Below, in pieces: positions 38,319-64,000 of a stretch of DNA of 64,000 bases. A model generated the notes under the pieces. That model saw only the letters and a list, made by a program, of their open reading frames with translations, had not been told where the DNA came from and did not search any database. The position numbers and the translations under genes were made by a program. Position 1 is the stretch's first letter. Each line of letters begins with the position of its first letter. The stretch is from positions 4,273,812-4,337,811 of the forward strand of contig NC_092675.1 of the NCBI RefSeq assembly GCF_964355755.1. The letters are read 5' to 3'. The stretch comes from Antedon mediterranea (Eukaryota > Animalia > Echinodermata).

Positions 38319-40315
38319 GCATATTTGATGGAACCAGATGGAACTAGGGTCAGGAAGCACGCACATGGTATACTGAAATGCAGCTTGTGACTGATGCAGG
38401 GTGTGATGCCCTGATGACCATCCTCCATTGAACGGCCTAGATTGAGGTTCAGTCATAAAAATAAGGGTAAAGATAAACTCAAGTTCCCCTATATATTATT
38501 TAGTTTTAAAAACTATGATCTCAAATCGAAAATTTAATTTATTACCATAAAGTTCGGGAGTGTGAAAAGATAGTATTATATAGTTATTATTAATCTATCT
38601 TGTTAACGTTTAGAGCTATATTTTCCTAGGCTTAACTTCTTTATATTAATCCTATATTAGGGGTTGTTATTATATTCAAGCATGGGATTGTATCTAGTGA
38701 GTTTATAAAACAGGACGACAATGACTGCATAATAATACTTACTGACGTGACATCATCCTGTTTAAAATATAAGTGTCATAAATACCAAGTTGTACCGTCC
38801 TGTTTCATAAATTTGCTGATATTTCTTCCTTTTTTGAAAAATTCTATAAAAGACATCAGAGTAACAGTTTATAGCTTTTATAAAAATGTGTCATTTAAAA
38901 AAATAAAGAAGCTAATGTAAATGAAATTCTTCAGATATAATTATTTTCTAGTACAGTATGATTTAAGAAAAATCATAGATATGAAAACTTTAAACACATT
39001 TTTTTCAAATTTTGATATGTGAACTAGTATTAGAAAACTAGTGCCATAAAATGATTGTAGTTCTGTCGTGTATGTGCTGTTGCAAATGTCAGTGTGATTA
39101 TCAAGTCTGCTTAAAATGTACTCAATGAAGATTGTTTTAAATGTATCAATGTATCATGCGACTTAAATCAGATATTACTGTCTTAATGAAAGAAAACTTG
39201 CTGTTTCATTTTTCATTTTGTTCCCAATTGAACCACCAAATTTTTTATAAAATAGGGAAGGCTAAAACATGTCACAGTAGAATTTTGGCCTTTGAAAATA
39301 ACAATGGTGCTTTTTTATAAAGTAATCAACTAAAATAAGCAAGAAGTTAAACCTTGTCGTATATGTTAGATTTATGGTGTAAAATTTTGTTGCGAATGGC
39401 AGTCGCCGATATGGTCAACATAATTTCAATTTACAGGTTTCCCGGAAAAATTTAATTTGAAAAAAATTGTTAATTACATGAATATTGTGGTAATTTTATT
39501 GTGTAGATATATTCTGTTTTGTGTATGTTGATATTCTGAAAATGTTGAGAAGAATAATACAGTAATACTATATAATATACAGTACAAATACAATACTGTA
39601 CAAATTTGCATAATTGTGAACACTAACTGTGGAAAAATGTACTTTTGAATGAACTGCTTTTGGTATCTTCTATGAATAGACATTGTTCACCGACAGGAAT
39701 AGCACCTCTTCTAAGCGGCAAGAATTTGGCAAAGAAATAAAGACTACTCTATGTATCGTGATGAAAATAAAGTTTATTCTGTTGTCCTTTAACCTCATTT
39801 GTTGACATTTGACCTCATTGTATAGTTTTTACTATTCCTATGCTCTTTATCTCATACAACTGTTTTCAACATTTTTTTTTTCAATATTTTATATTTTATT
39901 TTTGTATAACAAAACCATAATATTTCAATACACAAAACATTGAATACTACATTATGAAAAAATGGTTGCCCAATATGATATTCACAATTCATACAATAAA
40001 ACATCTTTACTGTGATTAATAGCAAATCTTTTACTTAAAATAGTAAATATACACAGAAAATACTCTGTCCATTCTTATGAACCCTGTATAAACAGTACAA
40101 TAACAAAAAACATCATTTTAATACAAAGTACTACAGTATACAATAGCAAAATATTATGTCAAATGAATCCTACCAGAAGCATCTGAAGAAGATAAAGCCT
40201 TCCCTTTAATGTTCATGTATGTGTGATAAGCTCCACTTATGTGTATAGGTGATACTATAAGAACCCCTTCCCCTTATGTATGTGGGATAAGCTCCTCTTA
40301 TGTGCAAGTGATGAT

Positions 40316-40600
40316 CCCCTTCCCTATAGTATGGGTGTAGAAGCTCCCCCTTACCTATAGTATGGGTGTTGAAGCTCCCCCTTACCTATAGTATGGGTGT
40401 TGAAGCTCCCCCTTCCCTATAGTATGGGTGTTGAAGCTCCCCCTTACCTATAGTATGGGTGTAGAAGCTCCCCCTTACCTATAGTATGGGTGTTTAAGCT
40501 CCCCCTTTACCTATAGTATGGGTGTTAAAGCCGCTCCCCCTTCCCTATAGTATGGGTGTTGAAGCCACTCCCTTCCCTCCTATAGTATGGGTATTAAAGC
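40316..40600. repeat. Minisatellite, 31-bp unit, ~9 copies
   Basis: Unit cctatagtatgggtgttgaagctccccctta. Confidence 0.95.
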
Positions 40601-41264
40601 ACATCTTATCTAAAACCCTGAAAATGTATTTAAATTGTTTACTTCAGTCTTCTTACTGTCGGAAGTATTCATGGTCCTAAAAGTTTGTGAAACTACATAA
40701 TCAATTCCTATGAACTAACTGAAAAACACCAACCCTTCACACATACAGCATTAAACAATGCAAACACTTATATCATTAACATTTTTAATGTAAAAAGATG
40801 TCTGTATTTCTGACGACTATAATTATATAGGCCTACTGTACATGGTTTGTTTTCATATGAAATTTAAAAGTTTAAAATGAATCGCACAAAGGAACGACAT
40901 CAGCAACAAAAACTTTCTCAAAAATTACTCTTTATCCAGTTTATTATGATATTGAAATTTTAAATAGAGACTGTTAAAATTTATTTCTGCATCATCTGCA
41001 TTATTAAAAGGGCCAATGAAATATTACTCTGTCGAGTTTGTTTTTGTAATATATATATTATATTATTTACATATTCAATATATATATATAAGTTTCATAT
41101 TTGTAATAGTGGGGTACAAAAAACTGAACTAAACATTCAATTAGCAATTTAAATTACAGTAATATAACTTAATGGGTAATGCCCATTTCACATTGCCTAG
41201 CAGAGTTTACACACACCAGGGCGTCAACACTGGAATTTTGCTCGATAGCATGAAAGGGGTATTA

Positions 41265-41533
41265 AGCTCTGTCTACACTATCAAACTTTATGTGAGAAAA
41301 AAATGCGGTGTGGCTATATGGACATGTCATATCACTACATATTTAAGTGTATCACTACCAAATTTGGGCACATCATATTTTGTTGTCACATAAAGTTTGA
41401 TAGTGTAGACAGAGCTTTGAAAAAAGGTATGATGTGCTCAAATATGGTAGTGATATGCCCAAATATATTAGTGATATGACATCATCATATCTATATATGG
41501 GCACATCACTAGTTTGATAGTGTAGACAGAGTT
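41265..41533. mobile_element. MITE family A copy (41265-41416) plus adjacent partial copy
   Basis: tta|agctctgtctacactatcaaact...agtttgatagtgtagacagagct, then a second right-hand TIR ending ~41533. Confidence 0.88.
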
Positions 41534-42746
41534 TTAGAACAAGATCTGATGGTTTAAATATAATGAAATCACTGGAAAACAACACAACATTTAATTATTA
41601 GCAAGATCTGAAGAGTAAAGCCTAACACTAATTTGTATTCAAAATGATCAATGTTGATATTATGATAGGCCTACTCTACTGAGTTGTTATATTTTGGTCC
41701 GTGGCTTATACCAGCGTCAGTAGGTTATTGAATCACAGTTAAGTCTTGTATTAACATAATTTAAAGTCGTTGAACTTTCATGTTTCTTTTCGGTCAAAAT
41801 AATAAACAATAGAAAGTAGAAGTAATATACAGTAGTATCATAGAAAGTTTAAGCATGTATTTGGCCATAAACAGATTTGAGGCGTTATAAAATTGCTAAA
41901 TTTGGAAAATTCAACAAGCAGGTACAAACTAAACGTAAAGTCTACCTCAAATAATACATTGCGTGCAAAAGTTAATTTGTTAATCTCAAAGAACCAAAGA
42001 TATTTAATTCCACTCAATTTATTTTTTTTTATATATAGGGAATGAAAGGTCCAATCAAAACACTAAACGTTGTCGACAATCATTTGTTATAATTCTATTC
42101 ATGTATTCATAGCAAGTTTGTTAGATCTCTTTAATTTATTGGTTGTTTGTTTTTTTTATTTATTTATATATTGTATGTACTGTATATCAAATGTAAATCA
42201 ACCAACCAAATTTCATTTTTACCTTGTAAAAATGACAATAAACACATCGTATCGTAAAAAAAAGTTGGAAAGCGGATTGCAGGTTGTTTTATAAAGAAAA
42301 AAACTACTGTACTAAAAACCACTGGGACTCAGCTTCATAGTATGCTCAAAATCAAATGGATACACAACATGTCTCTCTCCTATATTTTTTTGTTACTAAT
42401 CTATAACTTTTTAATGGATTGTAAATATAGGGAATTTTTTTAATAAAACTGTAGTTTCAGAAATACCCGTCACATATATGCTAAAAATCATTTTGATGCA
42501 CATCATTTATCCACATTATTCTAATTTTTCTAATTACATTTAAAAGTAACACATCCAAATGCCAACTTTAAGTCAATGGCTACCAGATTTCTCTGTGAGA
42601 CGGTTATTTGAACCAGTACCAGTGTTGAAATCAACATATTTTATTCAAAGCTGTAGTATTGTACATAATGCCAATTATAATATTTGCTGTGCTTCCTATA
42701 GCCAGACATGTACTTCAGATGAAAGGTATTTTAAATCATAGAAATA

Positions 42747-42918
42747 CAGTAAAAGCTCTGTTAAGGGAACACTTTCAGGACCAAACCAAGTGTCATGTTA
42801 ATAGAGGTTGACCATAGTGTTCAATGTGTTTTTCTAGCTTGAGATGTTTGCACCTGTTGTACCTTATTAAGAGTTCAAAGTGTCCCCTGAATAGATGTGT
42901 TCCAAATAAAGTTTACTG
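42747..42918. mobile_element. Tc1/mariner(pogo)-type MITE with TA TSD
   Basis: ta|cagtaaa...tttactg|ta; internal aagggaacac / gtgtcccctgaatag motifs also present as fragments near 37290, 50045, 50975 and 52360. Confidence 0.65.
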
Positions 42919-42976
42919 TATCAAGCTTTGAAATTCTGGATAACTCAAAAAGTGTCTCAATTTGAATGAATCTTAA

Positions 42977-43607
42977 AGACCCCTTCCCTGCAATTTTGGA
43001 CGTTTTTTGGAAAATAATACATATATATCACTTTAAAAACATTAAACCATGTCATTCCTTGTCTTAAATGTACGTTTTATGGTAAATTATGATAAAAAGT
43101 GAGAAACAATGCACTACCTAAGTAGCTCGCGGCGATCGACCTCTCGTGGACGGTCTTAGGCCTAGCCTGGCTAGGCTTAGTTTTGTAGGCCTAGCTGGTA
43201 AACATCGGTAACGTGCGAACATCGTACGCTAGCTATATACCTAGCCTGACGTTGTATAGTTGCTGCATTAATTGTCTTTCTATTTTTGCCAGACTCCGTT
43301 GATACAAATTGGGGAAAACCCGGTATTTTCGCTGAAAAGTTAGGAGTCTTCCATTTGTTTTGGGATCGCCTCACGATCGATCGAAAAGTGGGCGAATTAC
43401 AGGTGAAAAACAAAAATATCAATCCGCGCGCAATGCATTTTGGGATTTATAGCGGGCCGCTATAATTATTAAAATCGACTTATTTTTCACATTTTTAACC
43501 GTTTAAAGACGAAAAAAGTTATCGCAATAGGACCATATAGTATTATTTTTACATTAAATATAGTTTGTGATCTTAAATTAGATCTAAAAAACGTAGGGAA
43601 TGGGGCT
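42977..43607. mobile_element. Kolobok-like non-autonomous DNA transposon, TTAA TSD
   Basis: ttaa|agaccccttccctgc ... gtagggaatggggct|ttaa; AG...CT termini; GC-richer body. Confidence 0.75.
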
Positions 43608-44224
43608 TTAAATGGGGCTTGCTTTACTATTTGCCATAATTCGATAAAAAATTCCCTTAAGACATCATGTTACATAAAAGTCTGTATAATATTCATGTCT
43701 CACACAAATATATTTGAATACCGTTAATATTAGTAAATTTACATTCAATATAAAACTTTTTATCCACAGACGAATAAAGAGAAAAAAAAATTATTTTGAG
43801 TTGATTGAAATTACTGTACTGAGATTCTCTCATAAATGACTTGGCTATTCACATAATAATCTTGATGGAAATCTCCTCTGAGCTACTCAACTTGGCTGCC
43901 TGCTTGCTTGCACGACACTGATTGAGTTGCTCTTTTGATTGTCTTTAAATTCTTACAAACTAGTCATCCTCACTTTTTTAACAAGCTTGAATTATTTTAG
44001 CATAATTTGTGAAACTGGGGAAGAATCTTATATTCTTTGAAAATGTGCACAGCCAACTTTGGGTATATAAATATGCAAATTATAGTATCATATTTTGCGC
44101 TACATATTATTATGTCTAAAGTGGAAAATAAAAAAATAGCATACACTGTAAAACAACTGGCAAGATTTACTAAAAAAATTAATTTTAAATTCATCATCTA
44201 CATTTTTTTTTTTGGAATAATATA

Positions 44225-44625
44225 CAAAACAGAATATGTATGCTTTGTATGTTAAGAAGTAATTGAAATTCTTTACATATAGACTACATGTGTTTTGTAT
44301 GGGAAGAAGCTAATGACATCACATAAACGGAATGTGTATGCGTTGTATGTTAAGAAGTCAATTTCAATTCTTGCGTACAGAATACATGTGTTTTGTATGG
44401 GAAGTTGGTCAATGACATCACATAAATAAACAGAATGTGTATGTTTTTGTATGAGAGAAGTATTTTGCATTTCACAAACATAAAGTGTATGTTTTGTATG
44501 GGAAGAAGTCAATGGCATTCCAACAAACAAAAAGTGTATGTTTTGTATGGGAAGAAGTCAATGGCATTCCCACAAACAAAAAGTGTATGTTTTGTATGGG
44601 AAGAATTTAATGACATTTCACACAT
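44225..44625. repeat. Degenerate tandem repeat, ~51-bp unit
   Basis: Recurring gtatgttttgtatgggaagaagtcaatg(a/g)cat. Confidence 0.85.
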
Positions 44626-46326
44626 GCAGAAAATATTCCCAAAACAATTCAATAGGAAGACGATTTTACACACTTTTTTTGCTACTGTTTACCATGCTAA
44701 TCAAATTAGAGTGTATAAAATGATGACAGTACAATATCATGTAGTACCCTTTAACTGCATTTAACTGATTGTAAAATCAGACAATGCTCATTGTACCTTT
44801 CTATTCTCATTGCATCTTTCAAACAGATTCCGTTGTGAAGGGTTGCTCAATGTGATTATATCATATGTATACTATAAGCCTCTCTTGTTTTCTCAATTTT
44901 GTATCTGTCCCCTGAAGAAAAAATACAATTAATATCATTTTGGTACCATATACATAGCTATGTCCAATTTTTAAATATACTAGTTTCTTTTCTGTCAACA
45001 AAACAACAAAAAATTGATTTATAATACATTTAAGCACATTTTATACATTGTTATAAAGAATAAGTGATAATTTTTACAAGATTAATTTATACAAGAATAT
45101 TCATATAATCAGTAAAATTCCTAATCAGCAACTTGCTTACATACAGTAAGTTGTCATATACAAAAAAAATAGATCTGATAGCTGCATAAAGCTAAACAGT
45201 CATTAGACTCTGAAACAGACACTCAGTTACATACTACAGTAGTATGTTGCAGCTAGCCTGGATTTGACAGTCTAGCAGCTCACCTCTGGATTCGATAGGC
45301 TAACAGTATTGAGCTGAATAATATTCCAATTTACAAGTGCTGGACTTCAGGCCATTTAACACACACTGGTAAAACAGACGCAAGTCAAGCATATAAAGTA
45401 GCCTATGCAGAACACTGCTGTTGCTATGGAAATCAGATGTAATGAAACTTCAATAGACTAAATCCAGGGTTGTCAAGCACCAGGCGACGTAGAAACATAT
45501 GTATTACGACAATAGTTCTCTCTTGATGGGAAAATAGCGAGAAAAAAAAATGTTACATTAGCATTTGAAACAAAATGTCTGTAGTCATGATTACTAGATT
45601 AAAAATAGATGGACATCTTAATTCCTCGTTCTGAAATCCAGTGGAAGATCTATGTGACTCATTTAAAATCAGTTTGTCATTAGAACATGAGACACATTCA
45701 TTTGATTTAAAATTGTGTTGATTACAAATCTTATATTATCTGTCACCTTACTATGGATACAACATGCAAAAGTTCCAACATACTTTAATGTAAAAAAAAA
45801 AATGTTTTCTGGACCAATGTGTAGTCCATGCGCCTTTTCCAAGTGTTATCATGAATACGCAAATCCAGACAAAAGGTCGTTGCTCATGGCAACACAATCA
45901 ACGTACTCGTTCTTTGTCGTTAACAAATAAATATAGAAAAATAACAGACTTCTGTCTGGGCAAGTTTTCACAGTTGAGAATATATTAAAATTCTTGTCAC
46001 ACACTCCATTTTCTATTCCATTGTGGAGAAAAAAAAACATAAAAAATTTGGTAGTTTGTAAATATATATGCTTTTTATATTCAATCCTGTTTCTTCACCA
46101 CCAACATATCGTCATCATCTTTAGTAATCATCTCTCGTTTCAGTTCTTCACTTTCCGTTATTCGGTGTACAGTTCAATCGAAATAAAGAACTGAAGGACG
46201 ACATCTAGCGAACAATCCAAACCATTTTCTGATAAAACATGTTTTATCATTTTATCACTGGCAATGAAATTTATCTTTCATGAAATTATTAACCTGAAAT
46301 TGTTTGTTCAACAAATTTTGTTCTTA

Positions 46327-59768
<13,442 letters not shown>

Positions 59769-61944
59769 TTAAATTTTGAAATTTCCAATGTCATGTCATA
59801 TGAAAGTTGTCACCGATTTGCAGTATTGTATCTTTGTACATATGGTGATACAGAATAACGTGTCTTTTACATCATGAGACACCAATATTTAAAAACACAC
59901 ACCGTAGGCATAATCTAACCTTGACCATAACATAATACAACTACCATGTAAATACCACAAAAATTAAGATGGACTACACATGAAAATATTAAACCATTAG
60001 AAAGAAGTTTAATTCAAGTTCAATACATTTTTTTTTCAATAATGGTAATAATGGTGACAGTTGGTAAAAAAACGCAGAAAAGTCATCAAAATAATGACCA
60101 AATTTACCTGTACACTATACATTATAAAGATTATTAAAAACTAAAATCATAAATTCAAAAGCCATGATCATTCAGGCTAGAAATATAGACCAACATTTTA
60201 CTGTAGAACAAGACAATTTCTAACAAACCTACAATACAAATAATACATAACAATACGAGACCATCATGATTTTATTTTTATATAAATCATAATCACAATT
60301 GTTGAGCAACTGTTTCAGATATATTACACTTATAGTGAGTTGCATTATGCAAGGAACTGTTATCGACAACAGACAACAAATTATGGTACTGATATAAAGC
60401 CATATGATGCTACCATTTCAGGCATGTTGTCCTTGGCATATATCTACGCGTTTTATCATCTCATAATTTTTTTTTGTCTTGCATCGCATCCTAATACTGG
60501 AGAGATAAATCATCGATTGTATTTTTGAACATGTTTACATAATTATTATTAATCAGATGTGAATTTATTTTTAATGTTAAGTGCATCATCAATCATTGCC
60601 TTTAAGACTTATGTTTTATAATCAATATGTATATTATTTTAAAATCAATATGTATATTATTTTTTAATCAATAGGTATATTATTTTATAATCAATAAGTA
60701 CAGTACATCATTTTTTAATGGCCACAAAATATTCAGTTATACAAGCGAATAACACTGCAGGACAACAATTTGAATTCATAAAATATAATTATATTTGATC
60801 CATTTTTTTTCCTGGCACAAACAAAATGACCTTTTAGGCACGGGTTAGATTTTAAAAATTTGACTGTTTTAACTGTTCTTCCAAGAAATTTCCAAAACTA
60901 AAATAAACCACTGTATATTTACAGGGTCACAATGACGTGTCGAGAAGTAATCTTATTAGAAGCACGCTTTTCAGCGGTTTTGTGATCCTGTCAGTAAACG
61001 AACGCGGTAGTCACTGACAGGTTATGTAATGATGAATCATTGACTAAAAGGTGTACACTGGCTTTTAGTTGAGTCAAGAAGAGGAAAGAACGAGGGGTGG
61101 GTTAAGTGATTCATGTCTTTCTGTCGTAGCAGGATATGTTAATACTCTACCGTTATCATTATCTGTGTAACAAGCAATATTATACTCCATGTAAGGTCTC
61201 ATTATAATTTAATGAAATGCTACAACTTGTAAAAGACAAAATACTAAACATGGCTAAACCATAGAATTGCACTTTCAGTGGTAAACAAGAGAAATAATAT
61301 ATTAAAAATATTGGGAACCAATTATTGAGAGAGTTGATATTCATAATTTTTAAAGAAAATTTGAGTAAATAAAATTTTTTAATTTAAAAATGTTACAAAA
61401 ATTAAACTGTGAAAAGTCCTATGTGTGAATATACAGTAATGTTAATTGAACAACATTCTAGACTGCTCGGCAATCATATACTGTATAAAAATAATGATGT
61501 CAAACAGAGAGAACAAGAAAAAAAATATTTTTTAAAATCTATTATTTCTCCAAAATCAATTTTTATTTGTACATGTCTGTGTGACTAGATAGAACATTTT
61601 AATTTTATACTATAAAATCACACAGTTATTGCAGCATACACTCACTGTCAGCTTGTTGCAGATGAAGAAATAAAAGTCTAAAAAGAAATTGACCTTTTGG
61701 TTGATCAGTTGAAGATTCCATTCTAAAGATCTTAATCTTGAAGATTTAGAAAACTACAGTTTTTAATAAATTATTCATAATTATCATTAGGTACTGATAT
61801 ACTAAGATATTAGACATTTAAGAGCTTTTAAATACCACTGAATACATTTTTATGACAAGTTCAACCTAACATAACAATCAATATTTATAGTTAAAAATGT
61901 ACAGAAGGTAATTCTTTTTTTTAAACTGAAGTAAACTTCAAACA

Positions 61945-62645
61945 AATTGTGAATTGTCAAGGCATTGGCTGAGTACTAGATAATGTACACATATATTATA
62001 GCAGTTGGACCATTAGGGTGTTTATGCAATAGTACATACTATTTAATGACTGTTTAATATTACTTGTGATATGATACAAACATGTTTATGCAATAGTACA
62101 TACTATTTTATGATTGTGTAATGGTTATGATATCATACTGTATGTGATATGATGTTAAGCGAGTTAAAAAACCAAATTCACAATATGGTACGGTGCATTT
62201 AAAAACAGAACTTCAAATGCAACCTTTACAACTATAAATAGATGCATTCAAAACCCAAACTTCTTCAAATTGTAAATTGTCAAGGCATTGGCTGAGTACT
62301 AGATAATGTACACATATTATAGCATGTTAAGTTGGACCATTAAGGATACAAACATGTTTATGCAATAGTACAGTACATACTATTTAATGATTGTGTAATG
62401 GTTATGATATCATTTGTGATATGATGTTAAGCGAGAAAAAACTCATAAAAACAAATTCATAATATGGTATAGCAGAAGGTTTACTATGTAGATACTACTA
62501 TAGGCTGGGATATAAATTGAATTGGTTTAGATCTGCATTTTACTACACTGACTAAAGTCTACACTAAAATAAAAACATTTAAAAAAAGAATTTCAATTGC
62601 AACCTTTTCAACTATAAATAGATGCATTCAAAACCCAAACTGGTG
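61945..62645. repeat. Local tandem duplication (~320-380-bp units)
   Basis: attgtcaaggcattggctgagtactagataatgtacacat at ~61953 and ~62276; tgcaacctt..caactataaatagatgcattcaaaacccaaact at ~62218 and ~62598. Confidence 0.85.
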
Positions 62646-63679
62646 TCTGGAAGATGCGAGCCTACTAAGTGCATCAAAAACCACAGCTGGTGTATGATCA
62701 ATTAGCATGATGGCTGCCTTGCACTTGTGATAATAATTACTAGACTAACTGTGCCAAGGTAACGAATACTATAGATTGATGAAAACAGATACGTGATAGA
62801 CCAAATGAGCGCCTGACTCTATGATAGACCTTGAACAGCGTTGATAAACTCTTTTCTAGCAAATTTTGAGCTAAAACATCTTAAACTAAGTCAGGCAGGA
62901 GTCAAGTATCAAAGTTGTTGTTTTATTCAAAAATATTCCTAATAACTACCAATTAGTATACGATGAATGTTGCCTGTTGGTAAATCATAGAAATTGGATA
63001 ATTACAGATAGCAAATATTACTGTACATTACTGAAGTATTGTACATAGTAAGTACATTAGACTAGACAACTACAGTAACTACCTCTGTAACTTCTGTAGA
63101 ATGTTAATGTAAACTAGAAAATGTTCTAAAACCAAACTTAAAATAACTTGACTGTAGTAGTCTGTAGTACCAATACAAATCAATACAGCAGTAGTAGGGA
63201 TATAAATATCTTTTAAGCTGTAAAAATTCATTTTGTATTATTTACATAAATGGTACTGTAGGTTCATTTTCGCAACGTGCCACTTGATTACGCAACTATC
63301 GAATAAAAAAGTAATTCTGTGCAAACTCAGATCATTAACAATATAAAATGACTGTTTTACCCAAAGGCTAAGTTGTATAGTGCGTAGTGTAAAACTTCCT
63401 ATCATCAAAATTGTAAAATGTTTTTGTATTTTAATTATGTGTGCGATAGGATTACTAGGTAAGTGCATGCATTGTGGAATCAAACATCTATAAATATGAT
63501 CAAAATACAACATCAATCAGTTATTGTTCCATATGAGAATTTGTAACAGCGTAATTAAGGTGATTGGCCAAATTAGCAAGTGATTTGCTGAGAGGTTAAC
63601 ACAGTGGAACCGTAATTACGTTGCCATAACAGCGGCAAGGGTTTGAGACTAACTAGCACCATGGTTCTGGTGGTAGAAC

Positions 63680-63870
63680 ACGTCTTCTCGGATAAGATCT
63701 ACCATAGGTCAGGTGCACCTTAAAGAACCTAGTACATCTTTCGAGACGAGTAGGGGGTACTGTACCCCGGTGTATTAGTACACACACAGCCACTGATCAA
63801 AACTGGGCCATCTGGAAGACCAGTCTTTGTCTTAAGAGGTTACCAAGCAAAAAATAAATAACAAATAATG
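63680..63870 (+). mobile_element. SINE fragment with Deu/Nin-type conserved central domain
   Basis: ttctcggataaga...taaagaacc...tttcgagacgagtagggggt...ccccggtgt resembles the DeuSINE core as I recall it; a second, more decayed copy lies at ~27218-27290 (gacgaaataggggggttaccctggtgtactagtatacacacagccact). Confidence 0.55.
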
Positions 63871-64000
63871 TTAGCTAAAAACTATTGTCGGAAGACGGAA
63901 AACGTTAAGAAGAAGAAGAAGAAGAAGAAAACCTACACAGTCAAATATATAAACCAGTAAATGGTGCACCAGTGAAGGAGCCTAGCTATAGCCTGAACAA

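Overview
AT-rich, intron-rich animal genomic DNA. It is not prokaryotic: there are no operons, CRISPR arrays or rRNA/tRNA genes. Gene content and repeat types suggest an invertebrate deuterostome, possibly an echinoderm (inference only). I reconstructed four spliced genes by hand from GT-AG boundaries with consistent phases. (1) A complete 24-exon Tie/TEK-like receptor tyrosine kinase (minus, 151-17927, ~1407 aa; signal peptide, Ig-Ig-EGFx3-Ig-Ig-FN3x4, TM, kinase). (2) ATAD1/Msp1 AAA+ ATPase (minus, 22329-31230, ~358 aa). (3) NOLC1/Nopp140 (plus, 33155-38318, ~1005 aa), head-to-head with ATAD1 and carrying a 141-bp coding minisatellite. (4) The last six coding exons of PTEN (minus, 46327-59730; 5' exons not found in the window). 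Non-coding DNA holds many non-autonomous elements (PIF/Harbinger-, Kolobok- and Tc1/pogo-type MITEs, two Helentron/HINE-type elements, SINE and LINE fragments), a 4.2-kb 38-bp satellite, several minisatellites and long palindromes. Most notable observations: ATAD1-NOLC1-PTEN linkage echoing human 10q23-24; an invertebrate Tie receptor with an enlarged ectodomain, an AxGxxG P-loop, a PPxY/phosphodegron-like juxtamembrane segment and a palindromic ETS+GATA upstream module; a satellite apparently seeded in a LINE 3' tail; and a foldback structure in ATAD1 intron 1. I found no clear evidence for a wholly new biological system.
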